64,000 nt of DNA from a virus, in the IMG/VR virus record IMGVR_UViG_3300037149_000100. The stretch is one strand, 5' to 3'. Position numbers and translations under genes: made by a program. Positions 31,461-39,561 of this stretch are shown here, piece after piece. A model generated the notes under the pieces. The model was not told where the DNA came from. It saw nothing but the letters and a program-made list of their open reading frames with translations, and did not search any database. Every line of letters begins with the position of its first letter. Position 1 is the first letter of the stretch.

Positions 31461-31756
31461 TTCTGGCACTAACCAGTAGGGCCTGTTCGATGGGTTCGAA
31501 ACCGGAGATCAGTGGCTCAGCTTACTACCCTTTGATGTTTGCTGAGTGAAACCTACTGGGAGTATAAAGCCTTTGCCGCCAACGTAGCGGATAATACCGA
31601 AAGTATTTTGTGCTCTTTCGGGCCAGATAATCAAAGCCCACGGAAGATGATGGGGTTAAAGTCTCCTTCCACTACCAACATGTGGATGCTCATGACGAGC
31701 GCCGTGGTGCCAATCGTTACCCCTAGAGTTTTGGAGATTTAGGGGTAACTCAGCCT

Positions 31757-31830
31757 GTGGCTATAGTTCAATGGTAGAACGGAAGATTGTGATTCTTCTC
31801 ATGAGGGTTCGATTCTCTCTAGTCACCCCA
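31757..31830 (+). tRNA. tRNA-His(GTG)
   Basis: GAAGA-TTGTGAT-TCTTC; C73; no encoded G-1. Confidence 0.9.
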
Positions 31831-31831
31831 T

Positions 31832-31929
31832 TCACTAGACCAGGACAAGGTTGTCCCTTCTCGCCGGAGAGGTCTGAGGTTCGATTCCTCTTAAAGACGG
31901 TCAAGTGGTTCGATTCCACAGTCTAGTGA
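31832..31929 (+). ncRNA. structured RNA with two T-arm hairpins
   Basis: TCACTAGAC/GTCTAGTGA outer stem; GAGG-TTCGATT-CCTC and GTGG-TTCGATT-CCAC. Confidence 0.6.
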
Positions 31930-31939
31930 TTCATTCAAT

Positions 31940-32026
31940 GCCCGTAGCGCCACACGGTCGAGGCAGACGCCTGATAAGCGTCCTACGTAACAGTTCAAGC
32001 AGGTTCGACTCCTGCTGCGGGTACCA
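31940..32026 (+). tRNA. tRNA-Ile(GAT), long variable region
   Basis: GACGC-CTGATAA-GCGTC; ACCA. Confidence 0.85.
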
Positions 32027-32027
32027 A

Positions 32028-32185
32028 TCTTAGGGCGGCGTGGGATATAGACACGCAATCAGGCACTGATCCTGTCTGATACTTGAGGTGCTAACTGGAG
32101 GCGAACGTGAACAAATCCAGGACAACATGTGTGAGTGGCCATACCGCATGTTAGAAGCTGTGGGAGTCATGCCCCATCTCTAAGA
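32028..32185 (+). ncRNA. expanded tRNA-like RNA
   Basis: TCTTAGGG/CTCTAAGA outer stem, D-like GCGTG/CACGC, three internal hairpins, T-like TGGG/CCCA. Confidence 0.5.
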
Positions 32186-32327
32186 CTTTTCTTCGCCAAA
32201 ACGCAGTATTAGATTGCAGGTAGCAACATCACCTGGAACCGCCCGATCCAACAGTGCCGAATTATAGTAACATTCTGACAAACAATCGGCCAATCGGGCG
32301 AGTTTATTTGACAATCAGTAAATCCAG

Positions 32328-32400
32328 TGCGGGACAGACCGGCCCTAGTTCAGGCCCATAACCTGATACGCAGGAGGTTCAATTCCTCCTCCCGCTTCCA
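32328..32400 (+). tRNA. tRNA-Met(CAT), initiator-like with degenerate D arm
   Basis: TCAGG-CCCATAA-CCTGA; 1:72 mismatch; CCA. Confidence 0.7.
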
Positions 32401-32421
32401 TAATCATTTCAACACTTACAT

Positions 32422-32498
32422 GCCAGCCAAGCCAACTCGGGTGAGGCGCGAGATTCATATCCTCGATACGACCAGTTCGAAACTGGTGGCTGGTACCA
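32422..32498 (+). tRNA. tRNA-Met/Ile2(CAT)
   Basis: Loop TTCATAT; ACCA. Confidence 0.78.
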
Positions 32499-32500
32499 TT

Positions 32501-32582
32501 GGGTTAGAAGCAGAACGGTGCTGCACCAGCCTCTTAAGCTGGCTCTTCGGACTTGCGGGTTCAAATCCCGTCTAACCCACCA
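32501..32582 (+). tRNA. tRNA-Lys(CTT), extended variable arm
   Basis: CCAGC-CTCTTAA-GCTGG; ACCA. Confidence 0.88.
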
Positions 32583-32682
32583 AAGCAGTAGCGGTGTTCA
32601 GCGGTTCTAGAGCCAATGAAGAATTCGGGGATAAATGCCTCTCCGTCTACAGCCTACCAGGGTTCTAGAACCCTGGTCTTAT

Positions 32683-32760
32683 GGGTCGATAGCTCAGGTC
32701 GGTTAGAGCGAAGGACTGAAAATCCTTAGATCCCTGTTCGAGATCAGGGTCGGCCCACCA
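32683..32760 (+). tRNA. tRNA-Phe(GAA)
   Basis: AAGGA-CTGAAAA-TCCTT; ACCA. Confidence 0.88.
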
Positions 32761-32771
32761 TAAAACAAAAT

Positions 32772-32855
32772 GCTCCTATAGGCGAACTGGTCTAGCCACT
32801 GGATTTAGGTTCCAGGCCCTCGGGCGTCTCGGTTCGACTCCGAGTAGGAGCACCA
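32772..32855 (+). tRNA. tRNA-Leu(TAG)
   Basis: CTGGA-TTTAGGT-TCCAG; long arm; ACCA. Confidence 0.88.
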
Positions 32856-32891
32856 AAAAGTTGCTACCACACTCTCTAAAGAGGTGGGGCA

Positions 32892-33317
32892 TTGAACATT
32901 AAACAAGTCATCAAAGCAATTGGAAGACTCAACGAACGGGTAGCCGTATGGGGCACCAAGTGGTTTGGTTCCATGGTGGTGTTCTACCTGTTCTTCATCT
33001 GGGGCATGTTAGGCTTGATGCCGTTCATTCCCAAGAGCTTCCAAGACATCATCCTACTGGTCAGTTCTGCCTGGATTCAGTTGTGGGCGTTACCTCTTTT
33101 GGCGGTCGGCACCGCAGTGCTGAATCGCACCTCGGAGGCACGGGCCTCCCAGGACCACGAGACCATCAAGAGCGAGTTCGAAGAAGTGAAGAACATGCAC
33201 AAAGAAAATAGTGAGCTTCTCCGACTACTTAACGAGGAGACTGACGCTGACCGAGAGATGGATGCACGGATAAAACGCATCGAAACGATGTTGCTGGAGC
33301 AGAAGCATCAGAAGTAA
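32892..33317 (+). CDS. DUF1003-like membrane protein
   Basis: Two TM segments then coiled coil (VSSAWIQLWALPLL...SEARASQDH). Confidence 0.55.
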   Translation: MNIKQVIKAIGRLNERVAVWGTKWFGSMVVFYLFFIWGMLGLMPFIPKSFQDIILLVSSAWIQLWALPLLAVGTAVLNRTSEARASQDHETIKSEFEEVKNMHKENSELLRLLNEETDADREMDARIKRIETMLLEQKHQK

Positions 33318-33319
33318 AT

Positions 33320-33395
33320 GGGTCCAAGGTGTTGAGGCGTGGCACACTGGTTTCGCACTCCAGAAGATCGAGTTGAACTCTCGATGGATCCACCA
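33320..33395 (+). tRNA. tRNA-Ala(CGC)
   Basis: G3:U70; loop TTCGCAC; ACCA. Confidence 0.82.
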
Positions 33396-33430
33396 AATTG
33401 ACTTTTCAAACCCTTAACTGAGGGGATTCA

Positions 33431-33907
33431 ATGTATCCAAGCCAAGCCACCAGGATGCTCTTTCGGTTGAAAAACCTACGTCTGCTACCTAAAGAGCTAG
33501 CCAGCAGGGCAAATGCCCAATGGCAAAAGCACGGAGACGCAATTTGGGAAGGATGTGGAACCCCAGAGGGCGATGGTATCTCAGCTTGGCTAGGTGATTT
33601 TGATGCCATGGGTGATGCTGATGAAGAGTTTCAGCGCAGTCGTGATATCTTAATGGCTGGAAAAGTATTATATCGAATCAGAGTGCAACAGAAAGAGATG
33701 AATTGGTCTGGGTTCAGTTTCCTCACCTACGGAAGATTCTGTCACTATGTTGGGCCACTCCCTCTGGCCTCACTGGAAAAGGTGCCCCTCGATAAGTATG
33801 AGGATTGGTATGAGGTCTGTCCCAAGTGTTTGAAAGACACTGAGTTTCCAGATGAAGAAGATGGCTGTAAATGTAACCCTACCCCATTTGAAGAAGAACA
33901 TTACTAA
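33431..33907 (+). CDS. hypothetical protein
   Basis: ORF with GAGGGG RBS. Confidence 0.55.
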   Translation: MYPSQATRMLFRLKNLRLLPKELASRANAQWQKHGDAIWEGCGTPEGDGISAWLGDFDAMGDADEEFQRSRDILMAGKVLYRIRVQQKEMNWSGFSFLTYGRFCHYVGPLPLASLEKVPLDKYEDWYEVCPKCLKDTEFPDEEDGCKCNPTPFEEEHY

Positions 33908-33909
33908 CA

Positions 33910-33941
33910 CCACGTGAGCCCTACCGTGGTAAAACAAAGGG
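33910..33941 (+). ncRNA. compact H-type pseudoknot, copy 1
   Basis: CCACG-TGAG-CCCT-AC-CGTGG-TAAAACAA-AGGG. Confidence 0.6.
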
Positions 33942-34057
33942 TGGGTGATTGAAACTCGGCTGTCAAGCCAAGCTGCTCAGACATGGCGGAACTTTCAATC
34001 TCACGGCAGTCCCTAAAACTGCTCAATTCGAGTATTAAACCTTTAGGAGTAGAAAAA

Positions 34058-34468
34058 ATGAAAATTGGTGATATCGTAACACTCAAAACCGGTGGTCCTC
34101 AGATGGGCATCGAATCTCTCTACAGCGCAGAGCCGGTGAATCGTTGGATCTGTGTGTGGTTCAAGGAAGGAATTGGCCATCAGAGGCTGGTTCATACGGA
34201 AGATGAGTTGACTTTGGTTGGAGCGGAAATCAAGGCTGCGGTTGAGACGAAACTGGAAGAGGCCAAGGCAGTGGTCGAGATTGCGGAAACCAAGGCTGCG
34301 GCTGAAGTTGCCAAGGTTGAAGTTCAAGCCAAGGCCGTTGAAGTCAAGGTTGAGGCGGAAGTCGCCAAGGCTGAAGTCCAGGCTGAGGCGGTTAAAACTG
34401 AAGTCGAAACCAAGGTTGAGACTGAAGTTGCCAAGGTTGAACCCAAGGCTCCCAAGGCTCAAAAATAA
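34058..34468 (+). CDS. YodC/DUF2158-like domain with A/E/V/K low-complexity tail
   Basis: KIGDIVTLKTGGPQMGI...CVWF; EVAKVE repeats. Confidence 0.7.
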   Translation: MKIGDIVTLKTGGPQMGIESLYSAEPVNRWICVWFKEGIGHQRLVHTEDELTLVGAEIKAAVETKLEEAKAVVEIAETKAAAEVAKVEVQAKAVEVKVEAEVAKAEVQAEAVKTEVETKVETEVAKVEPKAPKAQK

Positions 34469-34556
34469 TAAAAATTGTTGGACACCCTGGTTGCAAATAC
34501 AGGGCGAATGTGATAGGGCGGTATCTATAAGTCGTGCCCTGTCCAACATCCATCAG

Positions 34557-34630
34557 TGCGGAGTAGCTCAGTGAAAGAGCACCGGGCTTAGTTCCGGAGG
34601 TCGGTGGTTCAAGTCCATCCTCCGCAACCA
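34557..34630 (+). tRNA. fMet-like tRNA body with aberrant 6-nt anticodon loop (undetermined)
   Basis: TGCGGAG/CTCCGCA-ACCA; CCGGG-CTTAGT-TCCGG. Confidence 0.6.
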
Positions 34631-34687
34631 ATGCGTAACAGCCCCAGGTAGTGGGGGAGCCGGTTCTTAGCGCAACACCGGTATCAT

Positions 34688-34755
34688 ACGACACGCACAG
34701 GGTGCAGATTGGACTCCAAATCCGATCTTGCGGAGTTCGAGCCTCCGGTGTCGTG
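34688..34755 (+). tRNA. tRNA-Trp(CCA), truncated D arm
   Basis: TTGGA-CTCCAAA-TCCGA; T arm; no encoded CCA. Confidence 0.65.
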
Positions 34756-34761
34756 CATAAA

Positions 34762-34841
34762 GGGGCATAGGGCTACTTGGGGTGGCCGCTTCCATGGCAT
34801 GGAAGATATTCAGACGAGTTCAATTCTCGTATGCTCCACCA
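34762..34841 (+). tRNA. tRNA-Ala(GGC)
   Basis: G3:U70; CTTCC-ATGGCAT-GGAAG; ACCA. Confidence 0.85.
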
Positions 34842-34951
34842 TTTCAACACTTAAGACACACACAGCATTCAAATGGATAACGCCTTCGGGCCATTTGGTT
34901 CAAACCCAAAAATGCATCTTGATTTTCTGTTCCAAGGTTAGAGGTGCTTGC

Positions 34952-35686
34952 ATGAGATTCCTAACCTTAATCACTCTTTTGTTTTGCCTAGCCTTTCCAA
35001 TGAGGGCTCAATCAGATCCGGATTGGCTGTCCGTATACGGACTCGGCAACAGCACCTCCACTCTCAGCAGCACCTCTAGCCCCTCTGGGGATTCAATCCA
35101 AACTCACGGAGCTGGATGGGCCGCTCAGATTCAATGGAAGGAAGGTTGGAATCCTGATCAGGCTATTCAATGGCCCTTCTTCGAGTTCCGCTCTTATGCT
35201 CAAGGGCTCAACTCCACCACCGCAAATTGGGAAAGCTGGAGCATTGGTGATCGTTTCTACCCCAATTGGAATGCGTTAAAATACGAAAAGATTCGAATCG
35301 GATTCGTCGGAGCGGTAGGCCGTTTAGTTGGAACCAACACCGTTCAGGCCACAACTTCTACAGCCGGTGGGGTCACTACCACAACTACTGCAACTTCCTC
35401 AAATTCAGTTTATGGGGGACAAGGGCGGGTAGCTCTCCGAATGGATCGAATTGAACGTAACGACCCAGCGAGTGGAAGCTGGGCTGAGTTTGGTATGATG
35501 TGGGATCCAATCATCGGTGAGGACAACGTATATCTTACGGGTCATTACATCATCTTCGGGCGTAAGAACCTTCAGGTATTTCTTGAACCCACAACCAATT
35601 TCCATATGGGAAGTGGTGCAAAACAGAAAGATCAATTCAGTTTGTATTACGGAGTGAAGTTCAGTCTAGGTTCTTTGCTTCAATAA
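34952..35686 (+). CDS. secreted / possible outer-membrane beta-barrel protein
   Basis: Signal peptide (MRFLTLITLLFCLAFPMRA); aromatic alternating strands; C-terminal YYGVKF. Confidence 0.55.
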   Translation: MRFLTLITLLFCLAFPMRAQSDPDWLSVYGLGNSTSTLSSTSSPSGDSIQTHGAGWAAQIQWKEGWNPDQAIQWPFFEFRSYAQGLNSTTANWESWSIGDRFYPNWNALKYEKIRIGFVGAVGRLVGTNTVQATTSTAGGVTTTTTATSSNSVYGGQGRVALRMDRIERNDPASGSWAEFGMMWDPIIGEDNVYLTGHYIIFGRKNLQVFLEPTTNFHMGSGAKQKDQFSLYYGVKFSLGSLLQ

Positions 35687-35690
35687 CTAA

Positions 35691-35770
35691 GGGGATGTAG
35701 CTCAGTCTGGTTCCAGAGCGTCAGGCCGTTAACCTGAAGCGCATCGGTTCAAATCCGATCATCCTCGCCA
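35691..35770 (+). tRNA. tRNA-Asn(GTT)
   Basis: TCAGG-CCGTTAA-CCTGA; GCCA. Confidence 0.85.
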
Positions 35771-35774
35771 GTAT

Positions 35775-35852
35775 TCCCTCTTAGCTCAGTCTGGTAGATG
35801 CGCGAAGCTGTTAACTTCGATGTCGTCCGTTCAAATCGGACAGGGGGTGCCA
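35775..35852 (+). tRNA. tRNA-Asn(GTT)
   Basis: CGAAG-CTGTTAA-CTTCG; GCCA. Confidence 0.88.
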
Positions 35853-35854
35853 AT

Positions 35855-35939
35855 CGGAATGTGGGTCAGGGGTTGACCACCTGTTTTGGGTACAGGGCTG
35901 TAATGGCACACGCAGGTTCGAATCCTGTCATTCCGACCA
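35855..35939 (+). tRNA. tRNA-Pro(TGG), long variable region
   Basis: CCTGT-TTTGGGT-ACAGG; C1:G72; ACCA. Confidence 0.85.
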
Positions 35940-35945
35940 TAGACC

Positions 35946-35977
35946 CCACGTGAGCCTCACCGTGGTTAAATAAGAGG
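35946..35977 (+). ncRNA. compact H-type pseudoknot, copy 2
   Basis: CCACG-TGAG-CCTC-AC-CGTGG-TTAAATAA-GAGG. Confidence 0.6.
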
Positions 35978-36066
35978 ATGATGGACTTGGCAGAATTAAC
36001 GTTTCACCAGCTTGCAATGGAGATTCTGTCAAGCGGCCCCTCGTCTCGTTCAATGCGAGACACTAT

Positions 36067-36140
36067 GCCGCTTTAGTATATTGGTATTACTCATCTTTGG
36101 TAAGGATGTGAAACCGGTTCGATTCCGGTAAGCGGCTCCA
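36067..36140 (+). tRNA. tRNA-Thr(GGT)
   Basis: CATCT-TTGGTAA-GGATG; CCA. Confidence 0.88.
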
Positions 36141-36272
36141 GTCTATCTAGTAACTCAACAGAACAGAGTCCCCGGTGGTAACCAAGAGGGGTTCGATTCC
36201 CCAGCTATGCAGGAATGAGCCTTGGTGAGGTGTGGGGAGATGAGGAATCGACACCCTCTTAGATAGACCTTA

Positions 36273-36343
36273 CGGAGTGTAAGTGAGCGGTTTACGGCAG
36301 TCCTCGGACGACTGAGACGGGAGTTCGACTCTCCCCACTCCGA
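36273..36343 (+). tRNA. tRNA-Pro(CGG)
   Basis: CAGTC-CTCGGAC-GACTG; CGGAGTG/CACTCCG. Confidence 0.82.
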
Positions 36344-36366
36344 CATTTTTCGACTACGCTGACCAA

Positions 36367-36440
36367 CGGTAGGTAGCATAAGTGGTAATGCGCCCCTCTG
36401 ATCAAGGGAAATGGTGTCCCGAAAGCATCCCTACCGGCCA
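36367..36440 (+). tRNA. tRNA-Ile(GAT)-like with non-canonical T loop
   Basis: CGGTAGG/CCTACCG-GCCA; loop CTGATCA; T loop CCCGAAA. Confidence 0.6.
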
Positions 36441-36555
36441 ATTTCGAGTAATAAGCTATATGACCCTTCTGTGGAGAGCAACAATGCTTTGGGATTGACC
36501 TGACACACCTTTTGATTACGATATGCGGCGGCGTACCGTATCACAAGGAGAACCT

Positions 36556-36804
36556 ATGTCAAAACCACGCACAAGACTCTTCAATCACACCGTTCCTCTC
36601 GTAACGGTTCAAGGCACAGACGTTAGTCTGAAGCCTGATCTCCTCCTCGTAATCGAGGGTGGTCGGATCCGAACCGCTCGAAGAAACCCGGTTGCCCCAA
36701 TCAACCGCATCATCAGTCTGCTAGGAGATCTTCTGGAAGAACTGAAGGATGACAGGTACGCGGAAGAAATAAGAAAGAGTGGCAAGACTCTGAAGAAAAA
36801 ATAA
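36556..36804 (+). CDS. hypothetical protein
   Basis: ATG after AAGGAG. Confidence 0.5.
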   Translation: MSKPRTRLFNHTVPLVTVQGTDVSLKPDLLLVIEGGRIRTARRNPVAPINRIISLLGDLLEELKDDRYAEEIRKSGKTLKKK

Positions 36805-36866
36805 GTTCAGGGTGGAAGCGAGTAAGTGTTGGCCCGAGCAAACTTTAACCAAAGTCGGGCCTCATA

Positions 36867-36943
36867 CGGTGCGTAGCACAGTCTGGGAGCGCACATCCTT
36901 GGGGTGGATGAGGTCGGAGGTTCAAATCCTCTCGCACCGACCA
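36867..36943 (+). tRNA. tRNA-Pro(GGG)
   Basis: CATCC-TTGGGGT-GGATG; ACCA. Confidence 0.92.
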
Positions 36944-37454
36944 ACTTCTGAACTCTAACATAGAGGTCAGGATGAGAGGTTTTCTGAAAATACTCAGGAC
37001 TCTGAAGAAGCATGAGATGGGTAAGGAAGCAATTCGCTCCTTATCTCCGAAGCCCTGAATGAGCCCTGGCCGTTGGGTGAGAAGCTGATGTGTGGACTGG
37101 ACATCACGAAGAAAGAGTTCCCTTACATCAGACGGAACATCAAAGGATACCTGGATTACATTTATCCGAGTGGTAATTACCCTGAGATATTCAATCGAAT
37201 CTTCAGACCATGCAGCGTATGTGGGAAAGAAGATATATGTTTCATATATCGGAACGAGTTATTCTGCTCTGAGAAGTGTGAGAATCAGGCTGAATATTTC
37301 AAAATTGCTGAAATGATTGAAACGTATGCTCCAGCGATGTCAGAGAAGCGAAAGAAGTGGGTTCAGGGCCTACTGTTTCGAAACGCGATGCTGGAGAATT
37401 GGACGGATGAACAATACAAAGAGTTCATCCAGGAATATGAACACAAATAATAAT

Positions 37455-37538
37455 TGGGATGTCGCATAACGGTATTGCAGCAGATTCTGATTCTGCCGTC
37501 GAAAGACACTCTAGGTTCGAATCCTAGCATCCCATCCA
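37455..37538 (+). tRNA. tRNA-Gln(CTG), long variable arm
   Basis: GCAGA-TTCTGAT-TCTGC; GTC-GAAA-GAC extra arm; CCA. Confidence 0.88.
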
Positions 37539-37562
37539 ATCAGAATTGAGTATCATACATAT

Positions 37563-37651
37563 GGAAGGTCGCCGGAGTCGGAGAGCCGGAACAGCCTGGA
37601 AAGCTGTGGGCGTTATGCGTCCAGAGGGTTCGATTCCCTTACCTTCCGCCA
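37563..37651 (+). tRNA. tRNA-Ser(GGA)
   Basis: ACAGC-CTGGAAA-GCTGT; long arm; GCCA. Confidence 0.88.
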
Positions 37652-37666
37652 TTTTAAGGAGGCCCC

Positions 37667-38032
37667 ATGGCCACGAAGTTAAAAACAATTGATGACTTGA
37701 AAGCCGACAGGGCAGTCGTTAAGGCAGAGCTAGACAAGATTGATGAGCAAATCACTGAGCGTCTGAAGAAGACGCTGGTTCAGTGTACTGACAATAATCA
37801 TGGCAAAGGTTGCGGCATGGGAATGGAGATCGGTCAACTCGAATACATCCAGACCCACTGGTACACCCGACCTTCGGGTTGTATGGATGGGGACTACTGG
37901 ACTCCGGGGGATGGTGAGTTTATTTGTCCTCATTGCACTCATCGGAATCGGCTGTATGACCGGCCTGAAATCGAGAAGCTGAGGTGCTTATTTAAAAGTG
38001 TGAAGGATGAGTATGACAAGCAAACGTTTTGA
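37667..38032 (+). CDS. Cys-rich hypothetical protein
   Basis: AAGGAGG RBS; CPHC motif. Confidence 0.55.
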   Translation: MATKLKTIDDLKADRAVVKAELDKIDEQITERLKKTLVQCTDNNHGKGCGMGMEIGQLEYIQTHWYTRPSGCMDGDYWTPGDGEFICPHCTHRNRLYDRPEIEKLRCLFKSVKDEYDKQTF

Positions 38033-38207
38033 CTCTCAGAGAGCTTTCCGGGTCGGTTTCAAAGGGGACTACCCTATGTGGACCGTAGAGGCTGCATCAG
38101 CAGAGGATGCGATCAGACAGATTGTTAAGTCAAGTAATTCAGACGGACTAAACAATTTAAGAGAAGAAGACTTGGAAGCTAAGTAATACACATATAGGAG
38201 GTGTCCC

Positions 38208-38868
38208 GTGGACATCATGGTAGAAATAAGAGCCGCTGAGGGAGGGGAAGATGCTGTCCTCCTCGTGCGGGATCAACTGAAGGCATATCTTCGTCGTGTG
38301 GAGCGGAGGGGACTTTAGTGCAGAATTATTGGAAGTGACGACTGGGTTTGCATCCTTCCTCGTTAGAGGTGAGGGAGCGGAGGAGTTCTTCAACGAAACT
38401 GGGGGTCATCGGTGGCAACATGTGAGTCCCACCGATAAAAACAAACGTGTTCACACCTCCACTGTTACGGTTGCAGCTTTAGCGATGCGAGCTACCTCGA
38501 CCCACATGAACCCCAACGATGTGGAAATACAAACCACCAGAGGCTCTGGCCCAGGTGGGCAGAACCGAAACAAAGTGGAGAGTTGTGTCCTGGCGATTCA
38601 CAAGCCAACCGGACTTTCGGTGCGGATTGATGGTCGGTCTCAATTGAATAATAAGAGGATGGCATTGCAAATCCTAGCCACCAAGCTGGAAGACCAGCAC
38701 ACCGAGCAGGAACAGAAACGGGTCAGCAGGGATCGCAAGGATCAAGTCGGCACCGGCCAGCGTGGCGATAAAATCCGTACCTATAGGGTCAGAGACAACA
38801 TCGTCATTGACCATCGAACTGGTCAGAAATACCAGCTTTCTCGCTGGCTAGACGGAGTGAGAGAGTAA
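38208..38868 (+). CDS. class I peptide chain release factor homolog, split by a +1 frameshift at CTT-TAG (38313-38318)
   Basis: Frame 0 gives VEIRAAEGGEDA...YLRRVERRGL*; +1 frame gives ETGGHRWQHVSPTD...RVHTSTVTVA...GSGPGGQNRNK...GQRGDKIRTY. Confidence 0.9.
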
Positions 38869-38875
38869 GTAGTAA

Positions 38876-38947
38876 GCGGGTGTAGTTCAGTGGTAGAACG
38901 TTAGCTTCCCAAGCTAGATGTCGTGGGTTCAAGCCCCATCACCCGCT
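38876..38947 (+). tRNA. tRNA-Gly(CCC)
   Basis: TTAGC-TTCCCAA-GCTAG; GCGGGTG/CACCCGC-T. Confidence 0.92.
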
Positions 38948-39561
38948 CAAATATGTAATTGTTGCAGTTTCTTGATGAAGTTCAGAAGCCTCTGAAGGAC
39001 TTGCTCTTTTTGCTCTGCGGTTAATTTGGATGCTTCATCATTAAGCATCTGATCGGTGATATCCGTATCCCCACCGGTTTGAGCCAAGCAAAGCCAGAAG
39101 AATGCATCCGGCGCACTCTGCACCACTCCCGTGCCGGTCGCATACATCACGCCCAGGCACCCCATTGAGTAAGCCTCTCCCTGCTCTGCTGCGGCACTGA
39201 ACCATTGGACTGATTGCAGAAGGTCCACCGGCCCTCCAAGCCCTAGGAACAGCATTGCCCCCAGCTTAGCCTGGGCCTCCATCTGGCCCTTCTGAGCGGC
39301 TCTGAGGAGCCACTGACGAGCTTCCGGAAGATTCTTCTCTACCTCCGAACCCAACAACAGCATGACCCCCAACTGAGCCATACTGTCTGCATTGCCAGTC
39401 TTGGCCTGCTTTAGAGCTTCGGCTAGCCTCGCTGCCTTGACATCCTTTTCGACTGGAATTTGCTGTAAGGTAACATACGGTTGCGGGGTAGTGGGTGTGG
39501 CAGACTGACCGGCCCATAGGGATGCGGCGATAGTAAACGAGATGAGCCATTTGAGATTCAT
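38947..39561 (-). CDS. secreted Sel1-repeat protein
   Basis: Signal peptide; three AA..G...A...LG.M...G.G repeats. Confidence 0.85.
   Translation of the reverse strand: MNLKWLISFTIAASLWAGQSATPTTPQPYVTLQQIPVEKDVKAARLAEALKQAKTGNADSMAQLGVMLLLGSEVEKNLPEARQWLLRAAQKGQMEAQAKLGAMLFLGLGGPVDLLQSVQWFSAAAEQGEAYSMGCLGVMYATGTGVVQSAPDAFFWLCLAQTGGDTDITDQMLNDEASKLTAEQKEQVLQRLLNFIKKLQQLHI

Noticed and set aside
31461-31680. tmRNA or hammerhead ribozyme
   Set aside because: Paired stems and a terminal ACCA exist, but there is no tmRNA acceptor/T arm and no CUGAnGA core with a UH site; possibly another ncRNA but unassignable
32657-32676. preQ1-like GGTTCTAG hairpin
   Set aside because: Simple perfect palindrome with no A-rich tail
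34476-34548. tRNA-Cys(GCA)
   Set aside because: TTGCAAA loop is present, but there is no D or T arm in cloverleaf order
28717-36379. ORF-track calls overlapping tRNAs (e.g. 28737, 30767, 32327, 5' part of 34709)
   Set aside because: Sequence is fully explained by tRNA and ncRNA structure
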